From the human T2T-CHM13v2.0 reference genome, Homo sapiens, in assembly GCF_009914755.1 (NCBI RefSeq), contig NC_060944.1: DNA of 64,000 nucleotides. One strand, written 5' to 3'. The translations under genes were made by a program, and so were the position numbers. Numbering within the stretch: position 1 is the stretch's first letter; the number at the start of each line of letters is the position of its first letter. The notes under the pieces are model-generated. The model was not told the origin of the DNA. It ran no database searches and saw nothing but the letters and a program-made list of their open reading frames with translations. Shown one piece after another: positions 1 to 13,880 of the stretch.

Positions 1-499
1 TGCAAGTTGTTTAAAAAGGCTTCTGCTTGTCAGTTTTCAATTATGGTCAAAGCCAGGAAGGCTGAAAGCCAAGCTGTTTCACTGGAAATCTTCAAATGCC
101 CATAGCTTTGACACAAAACAAATGTCTGGAGCCTCTAGGGTACATTGATTGACTAATCCCAAACTCCACAGCTAATTAGGAAAAAAAGATAATGACACTG
201 TTGTTCTAAATCAGGCCAGTCTCTCTGGTCACAAGGGCTCATCTATTCTTACTCTGACAGTTCAGGTCCTTCCTTTTGGTTCCTGCTTCTCCCCTGTGCC
301 CTGTGCTGCTGGAGGGGCTTGTCACCCTGAAACATAATTTCAAGCTGGCTAATCAGAACATTGACCGTGTAACCCAGCCAATCAGACCTTTTCTGGGGTT
401 GATGTAGTTTGTGGGAGACAAAGGGCCTCTCACTTCTCTGAGATGCTCTGTAAATTACGACCTCCAAAGGAGCTCCTAGACTCATCTTTGCCAGAAAGA

Positions 500-700
500 G
501 TGCATGAAAAGAAATTCACCCCAAAGAGAAACAGGGCAGAAAGATGGGGAGAAAGGAGCAGATACTGGAATCTCCTTGAAACCTGGATCTAGCTAGACTG
601 GAATTCAGACGTACCTCTGGACTTTTGAGTTCCATTAATTCATAAGTTGCATTTTCCTTGATGTGGCTTTAGTTGGGTTCCCCTCCCTTATAAATGACTG
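500..700 (+). mobile_element. Ancient MaLR LTR fragment (MLT1J/K-like 3' part)
   Basis: cctggatctagct...cctctggacttttgagttcc...tttagttgggttc resembles recalled MLT1 3' ends; highly diverged. Confidence 0.45.
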
Positions 701-1874
701 TGCATAGAGGACAGAGAAAAGCCAAGACCTTTGGTATCTTTGTGAAGAAAGGCCAGAACTCCCCAACCATCAGGGCCCTGTAGGAAAATAAGTTTTGCAG
801 GAATAGCTATGGGAGCCAGCAAAGGGTACTACTAAAATGCTCGCTTCGGCTGCTCTCAGTGCCTGAAGTCTCTGTCAGAAGAGCTTGGCCTTGGAGGCAG
901 CATCATTTTTTGTTAAACTATCAAAGCCTCTGGAAGAGGTAGTGCAAAAGTGAAGGAGAGGCATCCTTGAGAAAAAATGTTACCATGGTGAAGGAAAATG
1001 GTTTTCTTTCACCAGGTTAGCATGAAGTAACTCCTAGCAGACTGTGGCTCCTATGGCATCATTCTAACTCCTGGGAAAAATACTCTTGACATCATGATCC
1101 CAACATTCAGTCTGAATGAGTGAGTCTTTTGAAGGCATTTCCAGGGTATTGGCAGGTTATTGGGGTGTCTTGTGGGTGCCCCTTAAGTAATATTGCATTT
1201 GTGGCATCTACTCCACTTACACCAAGGGCTGGTCCTCGCCTGTTGATGGTCATTCCAGGTGTAACCATCCAGATCAGAGCTGCTAATTGAGGAACACCCT
1301 TCCTCTCTCCCTCAAGGGCGAGCGTGTGACTTTTACTTGAGTGAAATCTTCTGTTGGGGTCCAATTGAACCTGCAGATTGTTCTTGACTGACTCTTGACT
1401 ATTAAGAGACTATACTATGTGGGAAAGTACACCATTTAGAAGCAGGGAATAACTTTCTGGAGGAATGTCACAAAAGACCCTCTCTACCTCCCCAGGAGCA
1501 AATCCTTCGCCTACAGTTCTTTTTCATTCTACACTTCTCCCGTGCAATGAGACCATAATTAAAACACTGTGAGAAAGAATTAGAAATACTGCTTCTGAAC
1601 TTTAATTATAAACTCCATACTCAGGTTCCTTGGGGCTTACACAGGCAGTCCACAGTCTTATTTGTTCTCTAGAACTTGGAATCCATTTCTCTACTAAATC
1701 ATTGTTGGCAACATGCCCAGCCCAGGCCAGTCCACTATGGCTCATGTTAGCCATGGTTACCTGAATTATAGTGTTAACAGTCCTCAACCAGGGTTATCTG
1801 GTTGCAAGCAACAGAAAACAATTGTGACAAAAGTTAGCAAGAAAAAGAAATATGTTGGGAAGACATTGGGTAGT

Positions 1875-2415
1875 GTGTCAGTTAGGGTTCAATGAAGGGA
1901 GAAAGTTGTAATGATTATTATGGAATAAGAGATGTAGTAGGAATTTGACCTCACAAAGTTGTAGGAGGAGCTAAGGAAGAGAGGTTCAGCAAGAGGAGTA
2001 AGAGGTTCAGAGAAAAGTCATTAACCAGGCCTCTTGAAGCACTGATGTGGGTGGACACGTTGAAGCTTACAGGATCATCAGGGAGCCAGTTACAGCTAGT
2101 GCTAGATGGGAACCATGAAGAGGAGCTGGGGAAGAAGTCTAAGGAGGATTACTGCCACTAACTAGTCACAAAGTCAGTGACTTTGTCTGGAGGTGGACTT
2201 GCTGTTGGTCTACAGACCTGGCAGTCAGGGGAAACCTAACCTAAGCAGAGTAGAGAGATGAGCCTGAACCTGCTGGCAGTTCAGCACGTATCTCTTGCTG
2301 CTGTTACCCGAAAGGAACTGCGGAAAATAACGGATGCTGAGTCACTTCCGCTTTTCAGATCTAGTACAAATTCTTTTTAATCCATTTTAACCTGAAAACA
2401 TATAGGGAAGGTTGC
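1875..2415. mobile_element. Ancient LTR (LTR78/LTR79-like)
   Basis: Starts tgtcagttagggttcaa; layout resembles the element at 44055-44643; family assignment uncertain. Confidence 0.35.
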
Positions 2416-2826
2416 AGAATCAGAGGAAAAACGATGTGGCCAAGCCCATGACAGATGGGTCTCAGTAGCAGGAACTTGGGGTTAGCTCCAGGCATGATTC
2501 AGTTCCAGCCACTTTCTGTCATGTGTGTCAGATTCCACGTTCAAATTCCATGTTCCTGGGAGGGTGGCTGCAGTCAATCTAGCCTGAGCAGAACCAACTC
2601 TTTTGTTCAGAGTAGAGTTCTGTGATTTGCAGCCCACTGGAACTATCTGGGAGAGGGAGAGGGGCTCCCTCAAAGAATATATGCTTGCTGGATCAAAAGA
2701 GATGGAGTCCATTCTTAGCTCTTTCCACCATTGTTTCAGAGAGAGAAAACTCATTGGCATTTCCAGATTTCTTATAATTCAGCTCCTGCAATGTAGACAC
2801 TTACGATTTCTCTCCCCTTCTTCTGA

Positions 2827-3154
<328 letters not shown>

Positions 3155-3169
3155 TGGATGGCAGATTGA

Positions 3170-3910
3170 GGAATTAAAATGATTTTGATAGGCTGGACAA
3201 ATGGACAAAATTGAATGGAGGTAATTATATGCTACAGAAATCAACTGTGCAAAATAGTTCACATGGAAAATATCTTAGGAGGTTTGGTGTTGGGAGGGTC
3301 AATTGAGTCAACAGGAGAATGAGGCCTTTAGAAGTTTAATGCCTTTCAGAGCCCTGTTATGAAAAGCTGGTATCCAGAACCAGACTGTAGGCAACTCCCT
3401 TGCAGTGCATGAGTCAGGCAGGGCCCCTTGCAGAAGGGCAGGATTTGGGTTTCTGTTGGGCCTGGAGCTAGGAGCCAGCCTTGCCATAGGCCTAGGACCA
3501 TGGGCTGGATATTCCAGTACGCTTGTGTGTTTCTTGACTGCAAAACAACTGGCTGGACCTGTATTGCTCTGATGTTCTGTGATTCTGTGAGCCCTTGGTG
3601 TTCACCTTTAGGGCCGCATGGTTGAGAAGGGGAATCAAAACAGGGAAACAGTAAGGAGAGAGAACTAGAAAATGTGTCCCATATTTAGGAACTGGGGCAG
3701 GGAGGGCTTGGGGAGGGCCAACCCTCTAAAACATGAAAGGATTTCCTATGGACTAAAGAGAACACTTATTCTAATTCTTGCACAAGTGGACATGGGCTTT
3801 CAGTTTAACATATCCAAGAATGTTCTAAGAGGTGGCCCTGATTGTGAAGTTGTAAGATCTTCATCTCTGGGGGCTTTCAAACAAAGGCTCAGTGACCCCC
3901 CCTCAGGAAT
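3170..3910 (+). mobile_element. CR1/L3 LINE 3' fragment (very old)
   Basis: Ends ...gtgaagttgtaagatcttcatctctgggggctttcaaacaaaggct, typical of CR1/L3 3' ends. Contains the source (3664-3801) of the inverted insertion at 5621-5758. Confidence 0.55.
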
Positions 3911-4709
3911 GCCCTTGGAGGGGCTCGTATCAGGTGGCCTCAGATATACATCTTTCTTAGGAGGTCATTCAGCCCTGAATATGTCAGCTAATGGCAAATG
4001 GCCCAGACTGCATAGGCATTGTGAAGTATCCTGAAGATATGGAAAACAAGGTTCCTGTGCCTTGGGAAGTCAATGAGGGGAACACATATACCCCCTTTTT
4101 ATTTGACAAGAGTTTTCTGTCCTGACTGACAGCCACTTTCCAGGGCAGGAACGGTGCCTCCCCACTGCTCAGGCCTGGGACACTATAGTCCTTTATTCAG
4201 TTCATTATTTTGTTGTTTGAAGGAGTTTCCTAGAAACATACTTCCTCTTTCCCAGCTCTCTGGTCAATATGAGAACATGATGACTTCTTAGAAACAAGAA
4301 GACATTATGCCTTTTCTCTGGCCTGCCCACAGTTTTGATTTTTTGAAAGAAGGCTTAAAATATTTTTGAAGATATATATAGAGCCCAGTCTTTCTGGAAG
4401 AAGCCACTGGTAGTAGCAAGCTTCCCACAAGAAATGCTCCCTGACCTTAGTTGTTTTGTTGATAGGTCTCAGCTGGGCCACCATCTCCCTGTCCAGTGAA
4501 AGTTGCTGATGAGCTGCAGCATTCCAGAACAGAATGTGATGCTGTCTGCTTCCGCCTGCCCCCTTTTTCAATTGTCTGGAATCAAACATGTGAGATTCTA
4601 GCCAAGGAAGGGCAGAAGGAGGAGTAGAGAGAGAGAGAGAGTGCAAGATGAGTCCATTAAAGAGATGGTCCCAATCATCTAGTTGTAAGCAATTTCCAAC
4701 TCCCCTAAT

Positions 4710-4881
4710 CAGGGGCTCTTCAAAATGTGGTCCATGGACCAGCAATCCTCCTTGACAAATCTGTTAGAGATGCAAATCATAGGCCCTACCCCATTCCTGC
4801 AGAATCACAGGAGATCTGTAATTTTTGTGTTCAAAAGCCCTCCAGGTGATTTTTGTGCATGCTTAAAGTTGAGAAGCACTG
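4710..4881. mobile_element. MER5A hAT-Charlie MITE
   Basis: caggggctcttcaaaatgtggtcc...aagttgagaagcactg termini with internal ctccaggtgatt. Confidence 0.85.
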
Positions 4882-5226
4882 GAAAACCACACTTTGGAAG
4901 TTAAGTATTTTAAGCAGAATAGGTGGCTGGTGATTATACAGAGAATTTAGGGGAGCAAATAAATATGCCCTCCCCTCCCAAGAGAAGTCACCCACTCCCC
5001 TGGCATCTGCTATCTATGCCTAAAATCCCTCCATTAGAGCAAAGCTTTGGGTTGTATTGGGTTCAGCAAATGATATCCCAAAGTGAAGGCTTCAAATGCA
5101 GCCTCAAAAGCAAAGTTTCTTTCTGATCTTCTGCCCTCCTGTCTCTCACCCCTCATTCTCCAGCCCCCTCAGCCCTCAAGGAAAGCCACAGAAACTAGAC
5201 CCTCTCTTCCCCATGGCAGGTCATAG

Positions 5227-6355
5227 GACTTGAATAGATATTTCTTAAAAGAAGACATACAAAAGATCAACAGGTTTGTGATTATTAATTTACATCATTA
5301 ATGACCAGAGTAATACAAATTAAAATCACAATGAGATATCACCTCATACTTGTTAGAATGTGAGGTTTATTATCAACAAGATGAAAGATAAAAGTATTGG
5401 TAATGATGTGGAGAAAAGGGAACACTTGCACACTCTTGGTGGGAATAAAAATTATTATGGCCGTTATGAAGAACAGTATGGTGATTCCTCAAAAAAAAAA
5501 AAAAAAACCTAAAAATAGAATTACCATAGAATCCAGTAATCCCACATCTGGATATAGATCCAAAAGAAATGAAATCAGTATGTCAAAGGGATCTCTGAAC
5601 TGCTATGTTCACTGCAGCCCGAAAGCCCATGTCCACCTGTGTAAGAATTAGAATAAGCGTTCTCTTCAGTCCATAAGGAAATCCTTTCATGTTTTAGAGC
5701 GCTGGCTCTCCCAAACCTTCCCTTCCCAAGTTCTTAAATATGGGACACATTTTCTAGTAGCCAGGATATGGAATCATCCTAAGTGTCCAGCAGTGTATAA
5801 GTGGATAAAAATATGGTATATATTCACAGTGGAATACTATTCAGCCTTTATAAAGAAGGAAATTCTGTCATTTGCAACAACACAGATGAACGTGAAGGAC
5901 ATTATGCTAAGTGAAAGAAGCCAGGCACAGAAGACAAATACCACATGATCTTACTTATATGTGGACCTTATACAAAGTTGGACTTACAGAAGTAAAGAGA
6001 AGAATGGTGATTAGCAGAGGCTGAAGTGTGTGTGTGGAGGTGTATGGGGAAATGGAAGACATTAGTCAAAGGTACAAAGTTTCAGTTAGACAGGAGAAGT
6101 TTCAAGATCTGTTGCATAGCATGGTGACTGTATTAACAATAATGTATTGTACATTTCAGAGTTGCTAAAGGAATAGATGTTAAACATTCTCACTAGATAA
6201 AATGATAAGTATCTGAGGTGATGGATATGTTAATTAGCTTGATATACTCATTCCACCATGTATATATATCAAAACATTACCTCATATCCCATAAATATAT
6301 ATAATTATTTGTCAATTAAAAATACATTTTTAAAGTGCAGAAAAAAAAAACCCAC
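5227..6355 (+). mobile_element. L1MA (L1MA4-6-like) 3' end, 5'-truncated, carrying a 138-bp foreign insert
   Basis: ORF2 C-terminal and 3'UTR motifs (gatatcacctcatac, ggtgatggatatgttaattagcttgat); A-tail at ~6341-6350. Confidence 0.9.
5621..5758 (-). repeat. Inverted copy of 3664-3801 (138 bp, ~90% identity)
   Basis: Hand alignment of the reverse complement to 3664-3801: 12 substitutions and 2 single-base indels. Confidence 0.95.
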
Positions 6356-7392
6356 AACAACCCAGAATCCCTTTTCCCCAAAGCCAGCCATAAAACCTGA
6401 AAATGTCACTTTAACCTTTCCACACCTTTCTGTGTAAGAACTGGCCATAAAGAAATTCTCTGATTTGCCTTGTTTGATTGTAGGTCATAAGACCCTCATT
6501 CCAGAGAGGGTCCTGCCCCATCCCCAGGAGGAAAGAATGCTATGCAGAGAGGCCAAGAAGAATCTGAACAGGCAGGCCTTGCTGGTTTTTCCCACTCAGT
6601 CTGGAAGCATTAGACCACACCCTTTTTGTTCAATCTACACAGCTGGCCTGTCCATTCTTCATTGAACCTAAGCATAAAAATGAATAGCTTCCCCTGTATC
6701 TCTGGGTCTTTATTCTGAAGGTTCTTGTGTCATGTAAAATTATGATCAAATAAATTTGTTATGATTTTCTCTTGTTATCCCATCTTTGTGATAGGGGTGT
6801 TGGCTGTGACCCTTACGATGGGGAGGAAAGGGATCATGCCCTTTCTGCCCTTACAGTTGCCATTCTGTCTCTGATAAAATGCAACCATTATAACTATCTC
6901 AGTATGCCGTCTACCTCCAACCTTTTCTTACTCCTTTCCCTCTTTCCTTTTGAAGAGAGTGCTCAAAAGATATAATGAAAGCAGCAGAGGTTCCAGAAAT
7001 GGGGGTGGGTGTAACCATGGTGGAGGTGGGGGCTATTTTAGGACTTGAAATGCTCAAATCCCAAAGTACTAGCCCTAAGTGACAACTGATGTTGGCTTAC
7101 TGGTCACATATCAGGGTGTGGGACTGACCCATTGTCTTACACCTGGCTCTGCCACATAGTTCCAGCATCTGTCTGGACCACAGAGGTGCTGGAATCTGTG
7201 ACTCTGCATTCATTGTTAAAGTCATGTATTTTTTAATAGTCATAAAATTAGCTTTTAACAGCTCATTGTGTCTTCTTGTAAGTAAGGAGAAACTTACTCC
7301 TTTATACTTAGGTTGCCCTAAGTGTTTTAGGAGTATGCCGGGAAACACACAAGTGTCTTGTGTGCCTAATGATTTAAAAATAAAACTATCAT

Positions 7393-7705
<313 letters not shown>

Positions 7706-8909
7706 AAACTAAAACTACCCTGGAGATTGGGAACGCACTCCCCACAGCCTCCTGGAGCCAAGCTCCTTGGAGCTGCTCTTTGCAGCAGGGTGGGACCTGT
7801 GAGCTGGGCTCTGAGATCAGCTCTCCTTGCCCACCTGCCATGGTCCAGGTGTAGCCATTGTCCCCAGGCCCCAATTAACACCCAGCATGACACTGGCACT
7901 CAACAATGGTAATTTCTAGGGTTGTGATCATTTTTCCCTACATGGCAAAAACTGAATAGAAAATGACTGTCCTCCGAGGGAGAACTGAGAAGCTTTGTGT
8001 TTCAAGGGCTCTCTGTGAAGAAGATTGGGTTGTTTGTTACACTGAGGGAAGTACAAACTGTTTAAAAAGGTGTGAACTGAGCTGGTCTAAAATAATACAG
8101 CTGGGTCAGGTGTTTCAAACTCAAAACTGGGCAATGGAAATTAGGCCTTAAAGATTCTCTTCGTTTCGCCCACTCTCTGTGTTCCTGGCTAATGTCTCTC
8201 TGGTTTCCCTTTGATCAAAATGACAATTATAAGGCAGTTTGGGAGATCATTCTGTAATGTTGCTACAAACCCACTTTAAAGCTTCGTTCAGAAACTTGCA
8301 GTCTAAACCGTGCTTAGACTGTTCTGGGGTGAAATGCTTCAGGTTCTTTGAGAAAATAGTTTCTGGAAATATAGCATAGGAAGCGGTATGTGAAAGGCAG
8401 GCGTGCTGGAGTTTTGCCCAGGGCTGTCTCAGCTGTGGGTGGGTGGGAAGAGGAGGAAGACAGAAGTATGTGTCTACTTACGGATGTGTATTTAAGTCAA
8501 GTCATGACAGGAGGAAGCTTATGTTCTAACCCCTGATTTATTTGGAGGCAGCCACATAAAGCAGCCTTCATTGAATGGAAGAGTGGTTTCCAAATGTCCT
8601 TAGGCTTGCTGGAGACCTGCAGCTTCCCTCCCAGAGGCAATACTGAGCACTCTGCCTCCTGCAAAGAAGCCCCCAAGACACACAGCTGCCTTGGGCAGTA
8701 GGAGGGTAGGAGAACCCTGAAGATCTGTTTCAGAAGCTGCTCAAATGGGTTATCAGGCTTGCCCCTGCACTCTCTGTTCTCAGTCATATTCGGAAAAGGC
8801 AGAAGGACCACTGGGCTATTGTTCCCAGTTCTCTGGGGACATCCAAAATATTCCAAATTGTGTGAGATGCCTTTAAGATGGCTTTCAAGCACTGATTCCA
8901 TCTTTTTCA

Positions 8910-9130
8910 TCAACCTCCTGGGCTCAAGTGATCCTCCCACCTCAGCCTCCCAAGTAGCTGGGACTACAGGCATGCACCACCACACCTGGCTAACTTAAAT
9001 TTTTTTTCTTTTTGTAGAGATAGGGTCTTACTTTGTTGCCCAAGCTGGTCTCAAACTCCTGGGCTCAAGCGATCTTCCTGCCTCGGCCTCCCTGAGTGTT
9101 GGGATTACAGGCATGAGCCACGCCCAGACC
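8910..9130 (-). mobile_element. AluJ lacking its 3' end and poly-A
   Basis: ctcctgggctcaag (J-type) in both arms; flanked by tcatcaac on both sides. Confidence 0.9.
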
Positions 9131-9197
9131 ATCATCAACATTTATTTCTATTTGAAACTCAGTTTTGACAATGGCTAAAAGAATTTCCTACTTCTTT

Positions 9198-9487
<290 letters not shown>

Positions 9488-9867
9488 GAATTTCCTACTT
9501 CTTTAGGTCAAAACTAAACAATTGACCTAAAGAAGTAGGACATTACTTCTTAAAGCAATTCTTAAAGAACTACTGTGTAATTCACTACCCAGTATATTAC
9601 TGTAACTGACTTGTATTAAAGAAACAATTATATCCAAATAGTACAAAATGAGAAAATGTTGTATAACTTCTTTTTCAAATAACTGAAATATTTTCATTTT
9701 TAAATGTGAGTGTAGGTGCCAGTTGTCTTTCCTTGTGAAGGACTGTTCATGCTAAGGTTAGAGCCTTCCTAATTTTTTGTTTCTTTTATTAAATGATAGC
9801 AACAGGAGATAACAGGCATTTTATCATCTTTTATCACCTAATCTCCCAAATGTCTTTTAAACTTTTA

Positions 9868-10175
<308 letters not shown>

Positions 10176-10583
10176 AATGGAAAAATAGAGGAGATAAAAG
10201 TGGCAGTAGCAGAGGGGTACAAAAGAATAGAAAGGCTTTGGAAAAAGCCAGAAAAAAGGCCTACACCACCACTTGTGAGCTGAAGAGTTTCAGTGCCAAG
10301 AGTGATGGGGTTTTGTTCTGGAAGATCTAAAGAGAAAAGAGGATAAACAATTAGAAATTTTGTCATTATGACCAAATGAAAAATTTTACCTTACTTTTGG
10401 TTTTCTTTAAAATGTTGTTGTTTATACATGTCCTATTTTGAAATATTTCTAAAGGTACCCATTTAAAGAGTACTTACTGTGACAGATACTAAGCTGAGAA
10501 GTGATCACTTTGGTATCTAGATAAAAGGTGTATGTTGCAGGGGACCCTCAGAATACTTGAATTAATTGTACTTGATAGCATTA

Positions 10584-10772
10584 TGTGGTCTTCCAACTGG
10601 AGCATCCAACAGAATCCCTGGAAGGCTTGTCAAAGCACAGATTCCGGGGCCTCGCAGTTTGCTGATTCAGATTGCTGGGTCCGAGGTGGGCCCCAGAAAC
10701 TGCTTTTCTAACAAATTTGCAGATGATCTGATACTCTTGCCCTGCCTGGGAGCCACACTTTGGGAACCACTG
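10584..10772. mobile_element. MER5A/B MITE
   Basis: cagaatccctggaaggcttgtcaaagcacagatt...ccacactttgggaaccactg. Confidence 0.85.
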
Positions 10773-11094
10773 CTTTAGGGAACTATTTCTATAGGACGAG
10801 AAACTCACAAGTTCTGAATCTCTGCATAAAGCAATAAAGGGATGATGAATATAAAGAAAATTCATTGATTATTTTTGAAACCTGTGGGAATGCATATTCT
10901 GTCTCCAGTACTTTTTCCTTACTTTTAGCTTCTTATATTTCCAGACCCTTCGATGTTTTTCAGGTGTTCAGTATACAGCCTAGGCAGTGATCCTCAACTA
11001 GATTTAGACTTTGCACATTTATAAACACTCAGAATGTCACTCATCATTTAACTTTTCTTATCATAGCTTTTTTGTGTGTGCAAAAGCCCTTACA

Positions 11095-11367
11095 TTTTTT
11101 TTTCTTTTTTTTTTGAGACAGGGTTTTGTTCTGTCACCCAGACTGGAGAGCAATGGCAAGATCATGGCTCACTGCAGCCTCAGCTACCCAGGCTCAGGTT
11201 ATCTTTCCACCTTACCCTCTTTCCATTTATTTATTTCAATAGGTTTTTGGGGAACAGGTGGCATTTGGTTACATGAATAAGTTCTTTAGTAGTGGTTTCT
11301 GAGATTTTTATCCTCCCGCCTTGGTTTCTTGAATAGCTGGGACCACAGGTGCACACCACCGTGCCCA
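11095..11367 (-). mobile_element. Alu right monomer (FRAM/AluJ) interrupted by an L1PB fragment
   Basis: gagacagggt...tcactgcagcctc at left; resumes tcctcccgccttgg...caccaccgtgccc after 11308. Confidence 0.85.
11214..11307 (-). mobile_element. L1PB extreme 3' end (~90 bp)
   Basis: ttatttcaataggtttttggggaacaggtgg...tttctgagatttt; diverged TSD ttatctttccacctt (11199-11213) and ttatcctcccgcctt (11308-11322). Confidence 0.8.
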
Positions 11368-11384
11368 CAAAAATATTCTCCCAC

Positions 11385-11827
11385 CGTATTAGTTTTTCTA
11401 GGGCTGCTATAATAAACTGGGTGGCTTAAACAATAGAATTTCATTCTTTCATAGTTCTAGAAGCTAGAAGTCAAGGTGTTGGTGGGGACTTGCTCTCTCT
11501 GAAGATTTTAGGGGAGACTCAGTTCCAAGCCCTCCTCTTGGGTTCCGATGTTGTGAGCAATCTGAGTGTTTTTTGTTGTAGACGCATCACTTCAGTCTTT
11601 GCCTCCGGTGCCATGGTGTGCCCTCCTCATGTGTCTGTGTCTTTCTCTCTGTTTTTACTCTTATAAGGACACCTGTTCTATTGGGGTAGGGCTCATTCTA
11701 ATCAAGTTAGACCTCGTTTTGGCTTAATTATATCTGCAAAGATCTTATTTCCAAATAAAGTCACATTCACAAGAACCAAGGCTTAGGAATTCAACCTATC
11801 ATTTTAGCAGGCAGAATTCAGTCAACA
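11385..11827 (-). mobile_element. MLT1B/C MaLR LTR
   Basis: gtattagtttttctagggctgctataa...tatctgcaaagatcttatttccaaataaagtcacattc. Confidence 0.85.
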
Positions 11828-11849
11828 CCACCTGCATTTTCTTCTATTA

Positions 11850-13600
11850 GTTTTGTCCTTTTTCCTTTCATTTTTACATCTGTCATCCAACTAAATTTCA
11901 CCCTTGTGTAAGGCATGGGATTTACTTTCTTTATATAGTGAGACAGATTTCCTGATATTGTCTACTCAAGTGTTAACTGGATCAACAGCATGGGCCATCA
12001 CTTGGGAACTTGCAAATTCTTGCATTCCACCCCATTCCTGCCAAATTATAAATTCTCAGGATGGGGCCCAGCAACTGCATTTAACACCCCACGACCCCGC
12101 CCCTGCCCCCACCCCACTAGGAAAGACTGGTTCACCTGCAGTTTGAGAACCACTGCACTAAAGAATTCATTTTTCTCCACTGATTTCTGATGCTATCTTT
12201 ATCACGTTTTAAGTTTCCATATATAGATGCATTTGGTTTTGAACTTCATTTCTGATCTGTTGATTATTTTGTCTGGTCTTAGACCAGTACTTTGCAGTTA
12301 TTGTTGTTGTTCTTAATACTAAACTTTAACCTGTCTTAATATTGGTAAAATAAGTCCTTTCGCTTTTCTTCTTTAAAATTGACTTAGCTTTTCGTGAGCG
12401 TTTATTTTTCTATATAAATTCAAGAATGATTTTATCAAGATCTTCAAAAAATCTCTGCAGGAATTAAAAAAAAAGCGACCAAACTTATAAATTAATTATC
12501 TCTTTAATATTATGGCTTCCAAATAGTGAATATTACCTTCTCAGTTTATGAAATATTCTTTTATATTTTTAATACAGTTACAATAATTTGTGCACAAAGA
12601 TCTCATGCGCTCTTTTCATTAGGTTAAATCTTAGGTATAGTACAGTGTCTCTTGGTAGTTTCAATGGTATTGTGCTTCTGAAACGTGATTGTAGGACCTC
12701 GTTGGATTTTGCTGGTGTAGAGGAACTCACTGGTATTTGTAAGCTGAAACTTAGAAAGTTGTGTCCAGTAACTTTCCTGAGCTCTAGTTTGTTGAATATT
12801 TTAGGTTTCCATATCATCTGTAAACAATGAAAATTTTGTCTTGTATCTTCCAATCCTTACACTTTGATTCCTTTTCCTTTGTTATTGTGGAAGCCTGCAG
12901 CTCCAGTACTGTGTTGAAAGCAGTAGTAATAGTAGCCATCCCTGTCTTTTTCTCACTCTAAAGGGAGTGCATGTAAATTTTCTCCACTAATTGTGATGTG
13001 GCTTTTTGGAAGATGTTCTTTATAAACTGAACAAAGTTAACACATCCCAAATTGGAAGAAATGATTACTCTGTTGTTTTCTTGCACCTAGCATTGCTAGT
13101 GATATCAATCTGATAATTTTTCTTACGTGGATGGGCTGCCATTGCTCTCTAGAAGGTTTTATGTTACTCCCTTTGTCTCTGGGGTTTTTAAATTTGACAA
13201 TAATGCTTCTAAGTGTTTATTATTATTATTATATCTTCTATTTTGCACTCTATGATCCCTTTCAACCTGAAAGGGATCTTTAATTCTGGGAACTTCTTGA
13301 TCATTATTTTTTAACAATCACATTTCTTTATTTTTCTCTCTCTTTCTAGAACTCATTCTACACCTCTATGTGCTATATTTCTTACCTTTTTATGTGTATT
13401 TTTACATTGCTCCCGACTCTCCATGTGTTTTGACTTGTTCTTCATCCTGACCTTGGAGCACATTAATCCATTACACCATTGTTTTCATTCTGCTGTTCAA
13501 CCCATTATTGAGTTCTTTATTTCAGTTATTACATTTTTTTCATACTTGGCATTTCTACTGATTCTTCTTTTAGATTTATAGTTGCAGTACTTTGGTTTGC
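11850..13600 (-). mobile_element. Old L1 (L1ME-like) ORF2/ORF1 fragments, with a MER5A at ~11960-12155
   Basis: T-rich antisense L1 motifs (ccatatcatctgtaaacaatgaaaatttt, gccatccctgtcttt); MER5 end gtttgagaaccactg at 12141-12155. Confidence 0.65.
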
Positions 13601-13698
13601 TTTGCTTTTTATGGGTTGTTTAGTGTGTATTCTCTTATAGAGGTAGTAGCAGTCCTCAGCTAGCATGGTATTTTTCTTTGTGGGCATATAATCCTCAC

Positions 13699-13880
13699 TG
13701 AGGGTTCCTAACCTTGTCTGTACATCGAAATCACATGGGAGTTTTAAAAAAATACTGATACCTGGATCCCATCCTCATACATTTGATTTAATTGTTCTGA
13801 GTGTGACTTGGACATCCAGGTTTTTTTTAAAAAAAATCTCTCCAGGTGATTCTTTTCTGCAGCTAAGATTAAGAAACACT
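13699..13880. mobile_element. MER5A1 MITE
   Basis: aaatcacatgggagttttaaaaaaatactgatacctggatcccatcc...ctccaggtgattct. Confidence 0.85.

Larger units (their letters stand above)
5055..6855 (+). mobile_element. ERV1 solo LTR (MER39/MER34 family), split by an L1MA at ~5227-6355
   Basis: tattgggttcagcaaatgatatcccaaag...ccctttctgcccttaca; 4-bp TSD gttg at 5051-5054 and 6856-6859; AATAAA near 6749; LTR sequence resumes colinearly at ~6360. Confidence 0.8.

Noticed and set aside
830-853. tactaaaat-gctcgcttcggc resembles permuted pieces of the U6 snRNA 5' end
   Set aside because: Only 13 contiguous matching nt plus 9 nt in the wrong order; no continuation, TSD or tail. Probably chance.
700-1600. Unique-looking stretch with an 85-aa minus ORF, considered as an exon or processed pseudogene
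   Set aside because: Frames I translated give no recognisable protein and frequent stops; no poly-A or TSD.
4305-4745. 146-aa minus-strand ORF
   Set aside because: Starts in MER5A and crosses a GA repeat; no homology or codon signal.
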